From positions 633-64,632 of the forward strand of contig JAHHGR010000017.1 in NCBI GenBank assembly GCA_019359725.1: a stretch of DNA of 64,000 bases. Reading direction: 5' to 3'. The DNA comes from Aphanocapsa lilacina HA4352-LM1 (lineage in GTDB: Bacteria; Cyanobacteriota; Cyanobacteriia; Gloeobacterales; Gloeobacteraceae). The notes beneath the pieces are model-generated. The model saw nothing but the letters and a program-made list of their open reading frames with translations, did no database searches and was not told the origin of the DNA. This document shows, piece by piece, positions 29,029 to 38,259 of the stretch. Position numbers and translations under genes: made by a program. Position 1 is the stretch's first letter. Each line of letters begins with the position of its first letter.

Positions 29029-29805
29029 ATGATCCTGGATAAGCGCAAATTTCAGCTGCACTTAAAGACAGAAACTCTCGGCCACGGGTTTCATCTGTAC
29101 GAGCGGATCGATTCGACCAATCGCCTGGCGATGGAGTTTTTGCGCGAGGGCGCTCCCGAGGGTACGACCATCCTCGCCGAGCAGCAGACCGGCGGGCGCG
29201 GCAGCAACGGTCGCCAGTGGGAATCACTCCCCGGAGGGCTGTACCTGTCGGTGATCCTCAGGCCGCAACTGATGCTCGCCGATATCTTTCAATTGACGTT
29301 GGTGGCAGCCTTTGGCGTTGCCCAGAGCCTCGCCCGCCTCACCGGGGCCGATGTGCGCCTCAAGTGGCCTAACGACCTGGTTATCGAGCAGGGTGGGCGC
29401 CTTGCCAAAGTCGGCGGCATCCTCACCGAAACCCGTATCCAGGGCGACCGGCTTGCGGGGGCGGTGGTGGGTATGGGCATCAACTGGGACAACCCGGTGC
29501 CCGCCGAGGCGGCCCGCCTCAAGCCGCTCTCGCGGCGGGATCTCGACCTGGCGCCGGTGGCGGCGGCGGTGCTTTTGGGGCTGGAAGAGAGCTATCAGCT
29601 CTGGCGCCGGCGCGGTATCGAGCGCATCGTGAGCGGCTACGAACGCTATCTGGTCAATCTGGGTCAGGCGGTGGAGGTGCCCGGCCACGACGGCCAGGGT
29701 CGGATCATCGGCATCGACGAGCGTGGGGCGCTGCGGGTGTTGTTTTTAGACGGCGGCGAGACGCTGGTCATGCCTAGCGAATTGCGGCTGGGCTATGCAC
29801 TGTGA
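29029..29805 (+). CDS. birA: Biotin-protein ligase without an N-terminal DNA-binding domain
   Basis: IDSTN, EQQTGGRGSNGRQW, LKWPNDL, KVGGILTE, VVGMGIN. Confidence 0.92.
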   Translation: MILDKRKFQLHLKTETLGHGFHLYERIDSTNRLAMEFLREGAPEGTTILAEQQTGGRGSNGRQWESLPGGLYLSVILRPQLMLADIFQLTLVAAFGVAQSLARLTGADVRLKWPNDLVIEQGGRLAKVGGILTETRIQGDRLAGAVVGMGINWDNPVPAEAARLKPLSRRDLDLAPVAAAVLLGLEESYQLWRRRGIERIVSGYERYLVNLGQAVEVPGHDGQGRIIGIDERGALRVLFLDGGETLVMPSELRLGYAL

Positions 29806-30257
29806 GGATCAAGCTGATCGCGGTCGGGCGGCTGCGCGAGGAGGCTTACGAGTGGGCCTGCGCCGAATACGCCCGGCGGCTGGCGGCCTATGCCCGCCTG
29901 GAACTGGTGGAAGTGCGCGACGCCCGCATCGCCGACAGCCAGGCGGGCCTACTCAAGGAGGGCCAGGCTCTGCTTGCCCTGCTGCGCCCCGGCGAGCACG
30001 CAGTCTTGCTCGATAGCGGCGGCAAGCAGTTTACCAGCGTCGAATTGGCCGATTGGCTCGAAAACCATGCCGTGCAAGCGCCGGTCTTCATCGTCGGCTC
30101 AAGCCACGGCGTCGCTCCGATCGTTCGGGAGCGGGCACAGACGGTCTGGTCGCTCTCGAAGCTGACCTTTCCCCACGAGCTGGCGCGGGTGATCGTGCTG
30201 GAGCAGCTCTACCGCGCCGCCACCATCCTGGCTGGGCACCCTTACCACCATGGCTAA
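29802..30257 (+). CDS. rlmH: 23S rRNA m3Psi1915 methyltransferase
   Basis: MRIKLIAVG, FIVGSSHG, WSLSKLTFPHELARVIVLEQLYRA, HPYH. Confidence 0.93.
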   Translation: MRIKLIAVGRLREEAYEWACAEYARRLAAYARLELVEVRDARIADSQAGLLKEGQALLALLRPGEHAVLLDSGGKQFTSVELADWLENHAVQAPVFIVGSSHGVAPIVRERAQTVWSLSKLTFPHELARVIVLEQLYRAATILAGHPYHHG

Positions 30258-30284
30258 GATAGATAGGCCGTTACCCCTGTCGCC

Positions 30285-30920
30285 ATGCAAGCCCGCCGCA
30301 TCGCCCGTGAACTCGCCTTGATGAGCATCGGTCAGATGCCCGCCGATCGTTCGCGACTGCAGGCAAAAAACCTCGAAGAACTGGTGCTCGCCTCGGTGCG
30401 CACGCTGCGCGAGGAGGCCAACGAGAGCCTCCAGAGAGCCTGTACCGAGCTGCGACAGGGCCACAACCGCCTGGAGGCGAGCGAACTGACGGCGCCCACC
30501 GTCGAGGCGGCCCGCCGGGAGGTGGCGGCGGCGATTGCACTGGCCGAGCAGGCAATCAACCGGGTGGGCGCTTCGCTGGAGTTGCCGGAGTTCGTGCGCC
30601 TGGCGGACGAGTTGCAGGTGCGCGCCTACGCCTTCGAACTGCTCGGTGCCTTTGTGCGCCAGGGGGACAATCTCGACAAGCTGTTGGATACCTGTATGGA
30701 AGGTTGGCAAGTCGAACGGCTCACGCGCATCGACCGCGACATTCTGCGTCTGGCGCTGGTGGAGATGGTGGAATTGAAGAGTGTCCCCTTGCGCGTCGCC
30801 ATCGACGAGGCCGTCGAGCTGGCCAAAAAATACAGCACAGACACCGCCGTTCGCTTCATCAACGGCGTCCTGCGGCGGGTGGTGCAGCATCTGCAGCTGG
30901 AACAGCGCCCACGCCATTGA
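30285..30920 (+). CDS. nusB: Transcription antitermination factor (cyanobacterial long form)
   Basis: MQARRIARELAL, WQVERLTRIDRDILRLA, VAIDEAVELAKKYS, FINGVLR. Confidence 0.93.
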   Translation: MQARRIARELALMSIGQMPADRSRLQAKNLEELVLASVRTLREEANESLQRACTELRQGHNRLEASELTAPTVEAARREVAAAIALAEQAINRVGASLELPEFVRLADELQVRAYAFELLGAFVRQGDNLDKLLDTCMEGWQVERLTRIDRDILRLALVEMVELKSVPLRVAIDEAVELAKKYSTDTAVRFINGVLRRVVQHLQLEQRPRH

Positions 30921-31014
30921 CGTCTGGAATCGTGAGTGCCAGTGGCCGCCGGGCGCGATGCTAGGATGGCCGTTAGGCGAGTTTGTCTGCGAACTTACGA
31001 GGATTGCTGGAAGT

Positions 31015-32256
31015 ATGCTGAGCCATTGGAAAAAAAGACTTGTACAGCTTGCTGTTGTCGGAGCGGTGGCGGGCGGCAGCTTTACGCTGGGTACTTTTGC
31101 GGTGCGCCAGGTGGCGGGTGTTCCCCTAGCGGCGGCTCCAGCCCCGCAGGCGAGCCTGACCAGCAACGATGCGGTGCCGCCTCCGGCTCTATCGAGCGCC
31201 GAAGGCCCGGAGCGGGCATCGGCGGCCACGACTTTCTTGGGTCCCAACTTCATCGCCGATGCGGCCGAGAAGGCTTCTCCAGCCGTAGTGCGCATCAACA
31301 CCGAGCGGGTGCGCGAGGTGGGTGGCCGCACGCCGCTGGAGCAATTTTTTCCTGAATTCACGCCACGCCGGGGCGGCATGCCCCGCCTGGAGCAGGGGGC
31401 GGGTTCGGGCTTTATCCTCAGTGGCGACGGCACCGTGGTCACCAACGCCCACGTCGTCGAAAAGGCCGACAAAGTCTACGTCACCCTGGGCGACGGCCGC
31501 AAAACCACCGGCAAGGTGATCGGCGCCGACCCGCTCACCGACATTGCCGTGATCAAAATCGACGCGGGCATCGACTTGCCCACCGCCCCGTTGGGCGACT
31601 CGGACAGGTTGCGCGCCGGCGAGTGGGTGATTGCCGTGGGTAATCCGCTCGGCCTCAATCACACCGTCACCGCCGGCATCATCAGTGCCCTCAAGCGCTC
31701 CAGCAACGAAGTCGGGGTGCGCGAGGACCGGCGGCTCGACTTTATCCAGACCGACGCCGCCATCAATCCGGGCAACTCCGGCGGCCCGCTAGTCAATATC
31801 TACGGTCAGGTGGTGGGCATCAACACGGCCATTCGCGCCGACGGCCAGGGCATCGGCTTCGCCATCCCGATCAACAAAGTCAAAGAGATCACGGCGAGTT
31901 TGCTGAGGGACGGCCGGGTGATTCGCCCGTACATCGGCATCTCGATGGTGAGCATTACTCCCGAACTGCTGCGCGAACTCAAAGAGAACCCCGACGTCGC
32001 CAAGCTGCCCCAGGCCGAAAAAGGCGTCTGGATCCGCGAGGTGATCAAAGGCTCCCCCGCCGCCACAGCCGGGTTGCGCGCCGACGACATTATTGTCGAA
32101 GTCGACGGCAAAGTGGTTTTCGAGGCCAGGCAGGTGCAGGAACTGATTGGAGCGCGCAAGGTGGGCGATACCGTCTCAGTCAGAGTCCAGCGCAACAGCA
32201 AGCTCTCGACTTTTGATGTGCGCACCGTGGAATTAAGCCAGACACCGCTCAGCTAG
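31015..32256 (+). CDS. HtrA/HhoA/HhoB family serine protease with PDZ domain
   Basis: GAGSGFI, TNAHVV, TDIAVI, QTDAAINPGNSGGPL, PDZ domain. Confidence 0.93.
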   Translation: MLSHWKKRLVQLAVVGAVAGGSFTLGTFAVRQVAGVPLAAAPAPQASLTSNDAVPPPALSSAEGPERASAATTFLGPNFIADAAEKASPAVVRINTERVREVGGRTPLEQFFPEFTPRRGGMPRLEQGAGSGFILSGDGTVVTNAHVVEKADKVYVTLGDGRKTTGKVIGADPLTDIAVIKIDAGIDLPTAPLGDSDRLRAGEWVIAVGNPLGLNHTVTAGIISALKRSSNEVGVREDRRLDFIQTDAAINPGNSGGPLVNIYGQVVGINTAIRADGQGIGFAIPINKVKEITASLLRDGRVIRPYIGISMVSITPELLRELKENPDVAKLPQAEKGVWIREVIKGSPAATAGLRADDIIVEVDGKVVFEARQVQELIGARKVGDTVSVRVQRNSKLSTFDVRTVELSQTPLS

Positions 32257-32277
32257 ATCGTTTACACCGTCGGGACA

Positions 32278-32315
32278 ACTCCACCGCTGCGCGGATGCCT
32301 ACCGTGCGGTGGAGT
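32278..32315. other. Intergenic stem-loop without a U tract
   Basis: ACTCCACCGC ... GCGGTGGAGT 10-bp arms, with further inner pairing. Confidence 0.5.
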
Positions 32316-32406
32316 CACCAGCTAAAGAAAACGTTAAACAAACCTGGCCCCGATCCTCTCTACCCCATACTGGGGTGTAATCGCACTTCTTGCAGTGTGA
32401 AAGGGG

Positions 32407-33459
32407 ATGAGACAGCCGATGCCGAGCGACGACATCTGGTCCGACGAAGTGCAGGTAGAGGCGGAAGCGGAGGCCGAGGTCCTCGCTCCCGAGGAATTTG
32501 CCGTCGTCCGCGGCAGCACCGACGATCTGGTGCGGCTGTATCTGCAGGAAATCGGCCGGGTGCCGCTCCTGAAGCCTGCCGAAGAAATCGAACTGGCCCG
32601 CCGCATCGCCACCTGGCTTTCACTCGAAGAAAAGCGCAGCAAATTTCAGGCTGTCGCTGCCGAATCGTGGCTTGACGCCGCCAATCTCACCCCCCAGCAG
32701 TGGGCCACGATCGTCCGCGAGGGCGAGCGCGCCAAGGCCCATCTGGTCAAGGCCAATTTGCGTCTGGTGGTCTCGGTGGCCAAAAAATACCAGGGGCGCG
32801 GCCTGCACCTGCTCGATCTCATCCAGGAAGGCACGCTCGGCTTGATCCGTGCCGCCGAAAAGTTCGATTACACCCGCGGCTTCAAGTTTTCGACCTACGC
32901 AACCTGGTGGATCCGCCAGGGCATTACCCGCGCCATCGCCATGCAGGCGCGCACGATCCGCTTGCCGGTCCACATCGTCGAGAAGGTCAACCGCATCAAA
33001 AAAGCCACCCGCCAACTCTCACAGCAATTGGGCCGCTCGCCCTCGGAGGACGAGATCGCCGAGGCGGTGGAGATGGACGCGGATCAACTGCGCTTCGTGC
33101 GCAAGGCCATCCAGTTGCCGGTGTCGCTGGAGACTCCCGTCGGGCGCGAGGAAGACACCGCCCTGGGCGATCTGATTCAGGCGAAGGGCAACGAGCCCGA
33201 GCACGGCGTGGTGCGCGATTTGATGAACCAGGATCTCGAATCGCTGCTGCAGACTCTCACACCCCGCGAGCGCGACGTGCTGCGGTTACGCTACGGGCTT
33301 ATCGACGGCCGCTCGCGCACGCTGGACGAAGTCGGCCAGCAATTTGGCCTCACCCGCGAGCGCATCCGCCAGATTGAAGCGCGGGCGCTGCGCAAACTGC
33401 GCCATCCCCAACGGCTCCAGCGCGTGCGCGAGTATCTCGAAGGTATCGAGAATACGTAA
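32407..33459 (+). CDS. Group 2 RpoD-like sigma-70 factor
   Basis: [45 protein letters not shown]; no region 1.1. Confidence 0.92.
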   Translation: MRQPMPSDDIWSDEVQVEAEAEAEVLAPEEFAVVRGSTDDLVRLYLQEIGRVPLLKPAEEIELARRIATWLSLEEKRSKFQAVAAESWLDAANLTPQQWATIVREGERAKAHLVKANLRLVVSVAKKYQGRGLHLLDLIQEGTLGLIRAAEKFDYTRGFKFSTYATWWIRQGITRAIAMQARTIRLPVHIVEKVNRIKKATRQLSQQLGRSPSEDEIAEAVEMDADQLRFVRKAIQLPVSLETPVGREEDTALGDLIQAKGNEPEHGVVRDLMNQDLESLLQTLTPRERDVLRLRYGLIDGRSRTLDEVGQQFGLTRERIRQIEARALRKLRHPQRLQRVREYLEGIENT

Positions 33460-33681
33460 TTTACTGGGCGGCCGGTTGATCCCCTGTTCTATGCTCTGCC
33501 GGCGGGTACGTCCCTTTGGCGTATTTTCGATCCATTTGCTACAACGCTCACAACGACGAGGAATCTATCGCGTTATACGAGCGGGCTGCAAACGCTTTGG
33601 TTCATGAGCGCTCCTTCGGCCTGAACGATCCCAGACTGCGCCCGCACATCCTGGAGGCGGCCAACACCAACAACATGACCA

Positions 33682-35355
33682 TTACTTATTGAGGCGCGGT
33701 TCGGTTCCCCGTTTTGCAGCCATTGCATGAAGACTTACACCAAAGGAATTGGAGTTGTCGGCATCAACGCGCCGAGCAAGGGTCCAGCCGAAGACTTCCG
33801 CCAGCGGCTTGTAGGCAAAACCAGACTTGTCGAGCAATTGGCGCGATTCGGGGGCAAGCCACCAGGAGTGCTGGGTATCGTCCGCGCGCACCCCGGCCGC
33901 GTCGAGTTGCAAGCTTGGTTTGGGAGTGTAGTACGTCAGGGCGATAAATTCTGAAACTCGCTCGCCGTTCTTTTCGTAGACCATGGCAATCGGAGCGTTC
34001 GGATCGACGTAGCCTGCGAGGCGCTGCTGGGAAAAGGCTTTGAAGTCGGGATAGAAGTCGCCCAGGAAGGTGGTGAGGACCGCGAGCAGCAGGGCGAAGT
34101 ACGGACCGCCGATGAGCGAAACCGTCCAGAGCGTCTGGGCGGCGGGCAGACTGCGCCGAATCCGGAAGAAGACCGGCACCCCCAGCCAGAGAATCCCGAG
34201 AGCCAGGCCCAGGGGCAAATAAAGCTGCACCCCGTCCACCCAGGTGGGATTGAAGGCAAGCAGTGGGGTCGCGATGACCAGCAACAGACCCACTAGTCCC
34301 ACCAAGAAGCTGGTGGCGGCCAGGGAGCGTCCGCGTCTGCGCTGCCAACAATGGTCGATCCACACCCCGGCCAGCAGGGCAATAAACGGACAAGCCTGGA
34401 TCAAATAGTAGGGTTCTTTGGTTGAAAAAAGCTGCAACAGCGACAGCAGCACCAGCGGATAGCTCCAGAGCAGCAACGGCGCCTTTTTTTCCCGCTGAAG
34501 CGCCCAGACTCCGCCCAGGGCCGGAAAGGTCCACGGGAAAGTATTGGCCGGTAAGTTCCAGAAATAGTAGAACGGCCCCACCGGGTGGAATTCTTTGTTT
34601 CCGAGCTTAAACAGATGCCCGAACAGCTGTTCGTAGACGAGCGCACCGTAGACGTTCGTGGCCGTCGCGTACCAGAAGCCGAACAGACCCACCCCGGCCG
34701 CGAGTCCGGCATAAAGATACGGGTTGGTGAGCAAACGGTGCTCGCGGTTGCGCCAGATGAGCCAGGCCAAGGTGGCGACGGCCGAAAGCAGAATCATCGT
34801 TGTCTTGAGGAGCAATCCAAGGCCGATAGCGATTCCCCACCCGGCGGCGAGCGCTCTCCATCTCGGCCGGACGGCCGGCAGCAGACAGCCCAGGCCCGCC
34901 AGTTCGAGGGTGGTGAGGATGACGTCGGTGACGGCCACACGCCCGTAGAACAACCACAGGTACATCGTGGGCAGCACCAGTGCCCCGAGTAGCGCCCGGC
35001 GCGGCCCCACCAGCTTCCGGCCAATCCAGTAGGTGAGCAAGACTCCCGCCACCCCGGCAATCACGCTCGGCAGCCTGGCGCTCCATTCGCTAATGCCGAA
35101 CGTCTGAAAGCTGACGGCAATCAGCCAGGGGTTGAGGGGGGGCTTCTCGAACCAGGGTTCGCCCAGAAAGCTCGGGGCGAGCCACTGGCCGCTGCGGATC
35201 ATCTCGCGCGCCATCTGGGCGTAGTAGCCCTCGTCGGTGCCGATGAGACTCTGGCGGCCGGCGTGCAGCAGCAGCAGCGGCGCGGTGTAGACCATCAGGC
35301 CTAAGCTGGTAAGAACATCCGCAAAGGAAGGAGCGCGCTCCGATGACTGCAGCAT
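33682..35355 (-). CDS. ArnT/PMT family (GT39/GT83-like) membrane glycosyltransferase
   Basis: DEGYYAQMAR, EKPPL, EWSARLP, multiple TM segments; start is 35355 or 35373. Confidence 0.85.
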   Translation of the reverse strand: MLQSSERAPSFADVLTSLGLMVYTAPLLLLHAGRQSLIGTDEGYYAQMAREMIRSGQWLAPSFLGEPWFEKPPLNPWLIAVSFQTFGISEWSARLPSVIAGVAGVLLTYWIGRKLVGPRRALLGALVLPTMYLWLFYGRVAVTDVILTTLELAGLGCLLPAVRPRWRALAAGWGIAIGLGLLLKTTMILLSAVATLAWLIWRNREHRLLTNPYLYAGLAAGVGLFGFWYATATNVYGALVYEQLFGHLFKLGNKEFHPVGPFYYFWNLPANTFPWTFPALGGVWALQREKKAPLLLWSYPLVLLSLLQLFSTKEPYYLIQACPFIALLAGVWIDHCWQRRRGRSLAATSFLVGLVGLLLVIATPLLAFNPTWVDGVQLYLPLGLALGILWLGVPVFFRIRRSLPAAQTLWTVSLIGGPYFALLLAVLTTFLGDFYPDFKAFSQQRLAGYVDPNAPIAMVYEKNGERVSEFIALTYYTPKPSLQLDAAGVRADDTQHSWWLAPESRQLLDKSGFAYKPLAEVFGWTLARRVDADNSNSFGVSLHAMAAKRGTEPRLNK

Positions 35356-36296
35356 CGCCTCTGGGCTCTCCATCACCTGACCTTGAACACCGGATTGTAA
35401 CATTGATACCCAGCGCCACTGAGATCGTCGCGGTACTGGGGCTTGCTTCCCGGCTAGTAGGCCGATCCCACGAGTGCGACTATCCCGAATCGGTACGTTC
35501 GCTTCCCGTCTGCACCAGGCCCAAATTTGATCCGATAGGCACCAGCCGCGAGGTGCACGAGCGGGTGAGCAAGCTGCTCGCCACCGCCCTGAGTGTTTAC
35601 GAAGTGGATCTGGCCATGCTTGAGCAACTGGCGCCTACCCACATCCTCACCCAGGCCCAGTGCGAAGTCTGTGCGGTGAGTCTGTCTGAAGTCGAGGCGG
35701 CGGTGGCGGGCCTGACGGGTGGGCAGCCCCATATCCTCTCGCTGCAGCCGAATGTGCTCAGCGATCTTTGGGAGGACATTGCGCGGGTAGGAACGGCTCT
35801 AGGTGTGCCGTCCGAACACGTCATCCAGGCACTCCGGGCGCGGGTAAAAGCTTGCTGTGAGAAGGCACAATCGGCGGGCACCGGTCGCCGGATAGCCTGC
35901 ATCGAGTGGACCGATCCGCTGATGGCGGCGGGCAACTGGGTACCGGAACTGGTGGAGATGGCGGGCGGGGTGAATCTTTTCGGTACCACCGCCAAGCACT
36001 CCCCCTGGTTGGAGTGGACGGATCTGGCAGCCGCCGACCCGGAGGTAATCATCTTGATGCCCTGCGGCTACGATCTGGACGCTACTCGCGAAGCGACTCT
36101 AGCCCTGGCCCGAAGCCAACCGGAATGGACATCGCTCAGCGCTGTGCGCGAAGGCGAAGTTTTTATCGTGGACGGCAATCAGTACTTCAACCGGCCGGGA
36201 CCGCGCCTGGTTGATTCGCTTGAAATCCTGGCTGAAATCTTGCACCCTGGCTTGTTCGCCTTCAGCTACGCCCCGCACGGTTGGCAACGGCTATAG
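35343..36296 (+). CDS. BtuF/TroA-like substrate-binding-fold protein lacking a signal peptide
   Basis: RIVTLIPSATEIV, VGRSHECDYP, EWTDPLMAAGNWVPE, DPEVIILMPCG, YFNRPGPRL. Confidence 0.8.
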   Translation: MTAASPLGSPSPDLEHRIVTLIPSATEIVAVLGLASRLVGRSHECDYPESVRSLPVCTRPKFDPIGTSREVHERVSKLLATALSVYEVDLAMLEQLAPTHILTQAQCEVCAVSLSEVEAAVAGLTGGQPHILSLQPNVLSDLWEDIARVGTALGVPSEHVIQALRARVKACCEKAQSAGTGRRIACIEWTDPLMAAGNWVPELVEMAGGVNLFGTTAKHSPWLEWTDLAAADPEVIILMPCGYDLDATREATLALARSQPEWTSLSAVREGEVFIVDGNQYFNRPGPRLVDSLEILAEILHPGLFAFSYAPHGWQRL

Positions 36297-36428
36297 AGCA
36301 AGCACCGCCTGCGGTCTTGCCGATGTGCATTTCAGCTTCGGCATAGCTAGAAATTGAACTCCCGCCAGAGGCTCCGCGCTTGTATGCGTGGGACAATTTC
36401 GATCAATGACACCTGAGGGAGCCAGCCT

Positions 36429-37085
36429 GTGGAGACCGCCGTCAAGCCGCTCGACGTACCCGCCGCCATCCGCCGGCGCCGGTCGATCAAAAACTTCAAA
36501 AGCGATCCGATTGCCCCGGAACTGCTCCAGGAACTGGTCACTCTTACCGTTGCCGCTCCAAGCAGTTGGAATTTGCAGGATTGGCGCATCGTGCTGGTGC
36601 AGTCGGAGGCCCAAAAAGCGGCCCTCAGCGCCGCCGCCTTCAACCAGAAGCAGATTATCGAGGCACCTGTGACCTTTGTGTTCGCCGCGAGCCCCTACGC
36701 CTGGCGCGAAGGCATCGAGCCCATCCTCGAGCAGGGGCAGGCCAACGGCTGGAGCGAGGGCTTCGCCGATTACCTGCGCGGAGCCGTTCCTCAGTTTCAA
36801 GAAACCTTGGGCGACAAAAACCGCGAGTACGCCGTCAAAGACGCGATGATCGCCGCCACCCACCTGGTGCTGGCCGCCGAGAGCCTGGGGCTTTCCACCT
36901 GCTTTATGAACGGCTGGGTCGAAGATCAAGTCAAGGCGGTGATCGGCGCGGCGGACGACTCGAATATCGCGATTGCCGTGTTGGTGCCGGTAGGCTACGC
37001 CGCTGAACCGCGTCCAAATCCCGGCAGGTTGCCATTTGAGCACAACGTGTTCAGCGAAACGCTGGGCACTCCGTACCAGCCGTAG
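36429..37085 (+). CDS. Nitroreductase family protein
   Basis: RRRRSIKNF, APSSWNLQDWR, AESLGLSTCFMNGW. Confidence 0.9.
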   Translation: METAVKPLDVPAAIRRRRSIKNFKSDPIAPELLQELVTLTVAAPSSWNLQDWRIVLVQSEAQKAALSAAAFNQKQIIEAPVTFVFAASPYAWREGIEPILEQGQANGWSEGFADYLRGAVPQFQETLGDKNREYAVKDAMIAATHLVLAAESLGLSTCFMNGWVEDQVKAVIGAADDSNIAIAVLVPVGYAAEPRPNPGRLPFEHNVFSETLGTPYQP

Positions 37086-37146
37086 GGCGATTTGTCGGTG
37101 GGCTTTCCTCCCTACAGAGGAGTGGAAGCACGGAGATTGACCGGCC

Positions 37147-38181
37147 ATGACAAGCCAGCAGACGGAGCGCGAAGACGAGAATGTGTCGGCAGGAGCAACG
37201 GTTCCTGCGGCGGTGGCGGGAGCCAAAGGGCTGGGCGCCGCCTCCGAACAACTGGGGGCTTACAGCGCAGATCTTGCAGATCAAGCGGAAAATATTTTGT
37301 GGGAAAGAGGCAGTCAAGAGGCCTTTCTCGATCGGCTGAATATCGAAGGCCCTCAGCAAGTCGCCTACAAGGCCGCCGAATTTAGCGACGAGGCTGCACA
37401 ATCGACCGCGCAGATCTACGACGAAGGGATTGCCTTTGCCCAGGAGAAAATCGCGTCGATGACTGCCCAGGCCGACGATCTTGCCGGTAGGGTGGTGGCG
37501 GCCGAGACGGCCTCGGGCGGTGCCAGTCTGGCCTCCAACGCCATGCTCGCCTACGCAGTGGCGGACGGTTTTGCCGAGGGGGAACTGACCGAGGCGGTGG
37601 TGCACACCGGCGGCGGCCTGCTGGAGAGTGCCTACGACGCGGCCGATGGTGCATTCGCTTCGGCGGACAACTTTTTGCAGGGCGATTTTGGCGGTGGGTT
37701 TGCAGATATCGGCAAAGGACTAGGCAATGCCGGCGAAGAACTGGCACAGGGTTGGGGCGAGGTGACGACGGATCTGTCCGAGGGCATCGACAACATCGGC
37801 GGCAATGTCACTGGGCTATTTACCGGGGAAACCTGGGCGCGCGCTGCCGATTTTGCCGTCGATACGACCGTCGCCATCGGCTCGGCCATCGGCGAAGGGG
37901 CCGCCGAGTGGGTCGAAAATCCCGGCGAAACCTTAAACGAGTTCACCGGTTTCTTCGGCGAAGTCGGCTCGAACATGGTGGAAGGGGTGCAGGATCTCTG
38001 GGGCAACCTCACCGACAGCGAAGTGGAGCCGGACGCCTCCGAACTAGCCCAGGGCGAAGTGGAGTCGGAGGTCTCCGAGGAGGCAGTAGCCCAGGCGGAG
38101 CCCGGTATGGAAGCTGCCGAAGCGCCGCTGCCCGAAGAGCAATACGAAGAGGAACTGCCGCCTGAAGCGGAGGAAGCCTGA
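37147..38181 (+). CDS. Very acidic Ala/Gly/Glu-rich hypothetical protein
   Basis: 344-aa ORF with GCC/GAA/GGC-rich coding bias that fills the gap between two genes. Confidence 0.75.
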   Translation: MTSQQTEREDENVSAGATVPAAVAGAKGLGAASEQLGAYSADLADQAENILWERGSQEAFLDRLNIEGPQQVAYKAAEFSDEAAQSTAQIYDEGIAFAQEKIASMTAQADDLAGRVVAAETASGGASLASNAMLAYAVADGFAEGELTEAVVHTGGGLLESAYDAADGAFASADNFLQGDFGGGFADIGKGLGNAGEELAQGWGEVTTDLSEGIDNIGGNVTGLFTGETWARAADFAVDTTVAIGSAIGEGAAEWVENPGETLNEFTGFFGEVGSNMVEGVQDLWGNLTDSEVEPDASELAQGEVESEVSEEAVAQAEPGMEAAEAPLPEEQYEEELPPEAEEA

Positions 38182-38259
38182 GGGCGTTTCGGCTTGTCCG
38201 CCGACACCTTTTTTGTGATCCCCTTGATACCCTGAAAGAAATTTTGGGCAGGGGTCTTT

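Noticed and set aside
35200-35420. Cobalamin riboswitch before the BtuF-like gene or cobU
   Set aside because: No B12-box consensus was seen, and the regions are coding or too short.
38187-38214. Terminator after the acidic protein gene
   Set aside because: The stem is only about 5 bp (TCGGC/GCCGA) before the T run, too weak to call.
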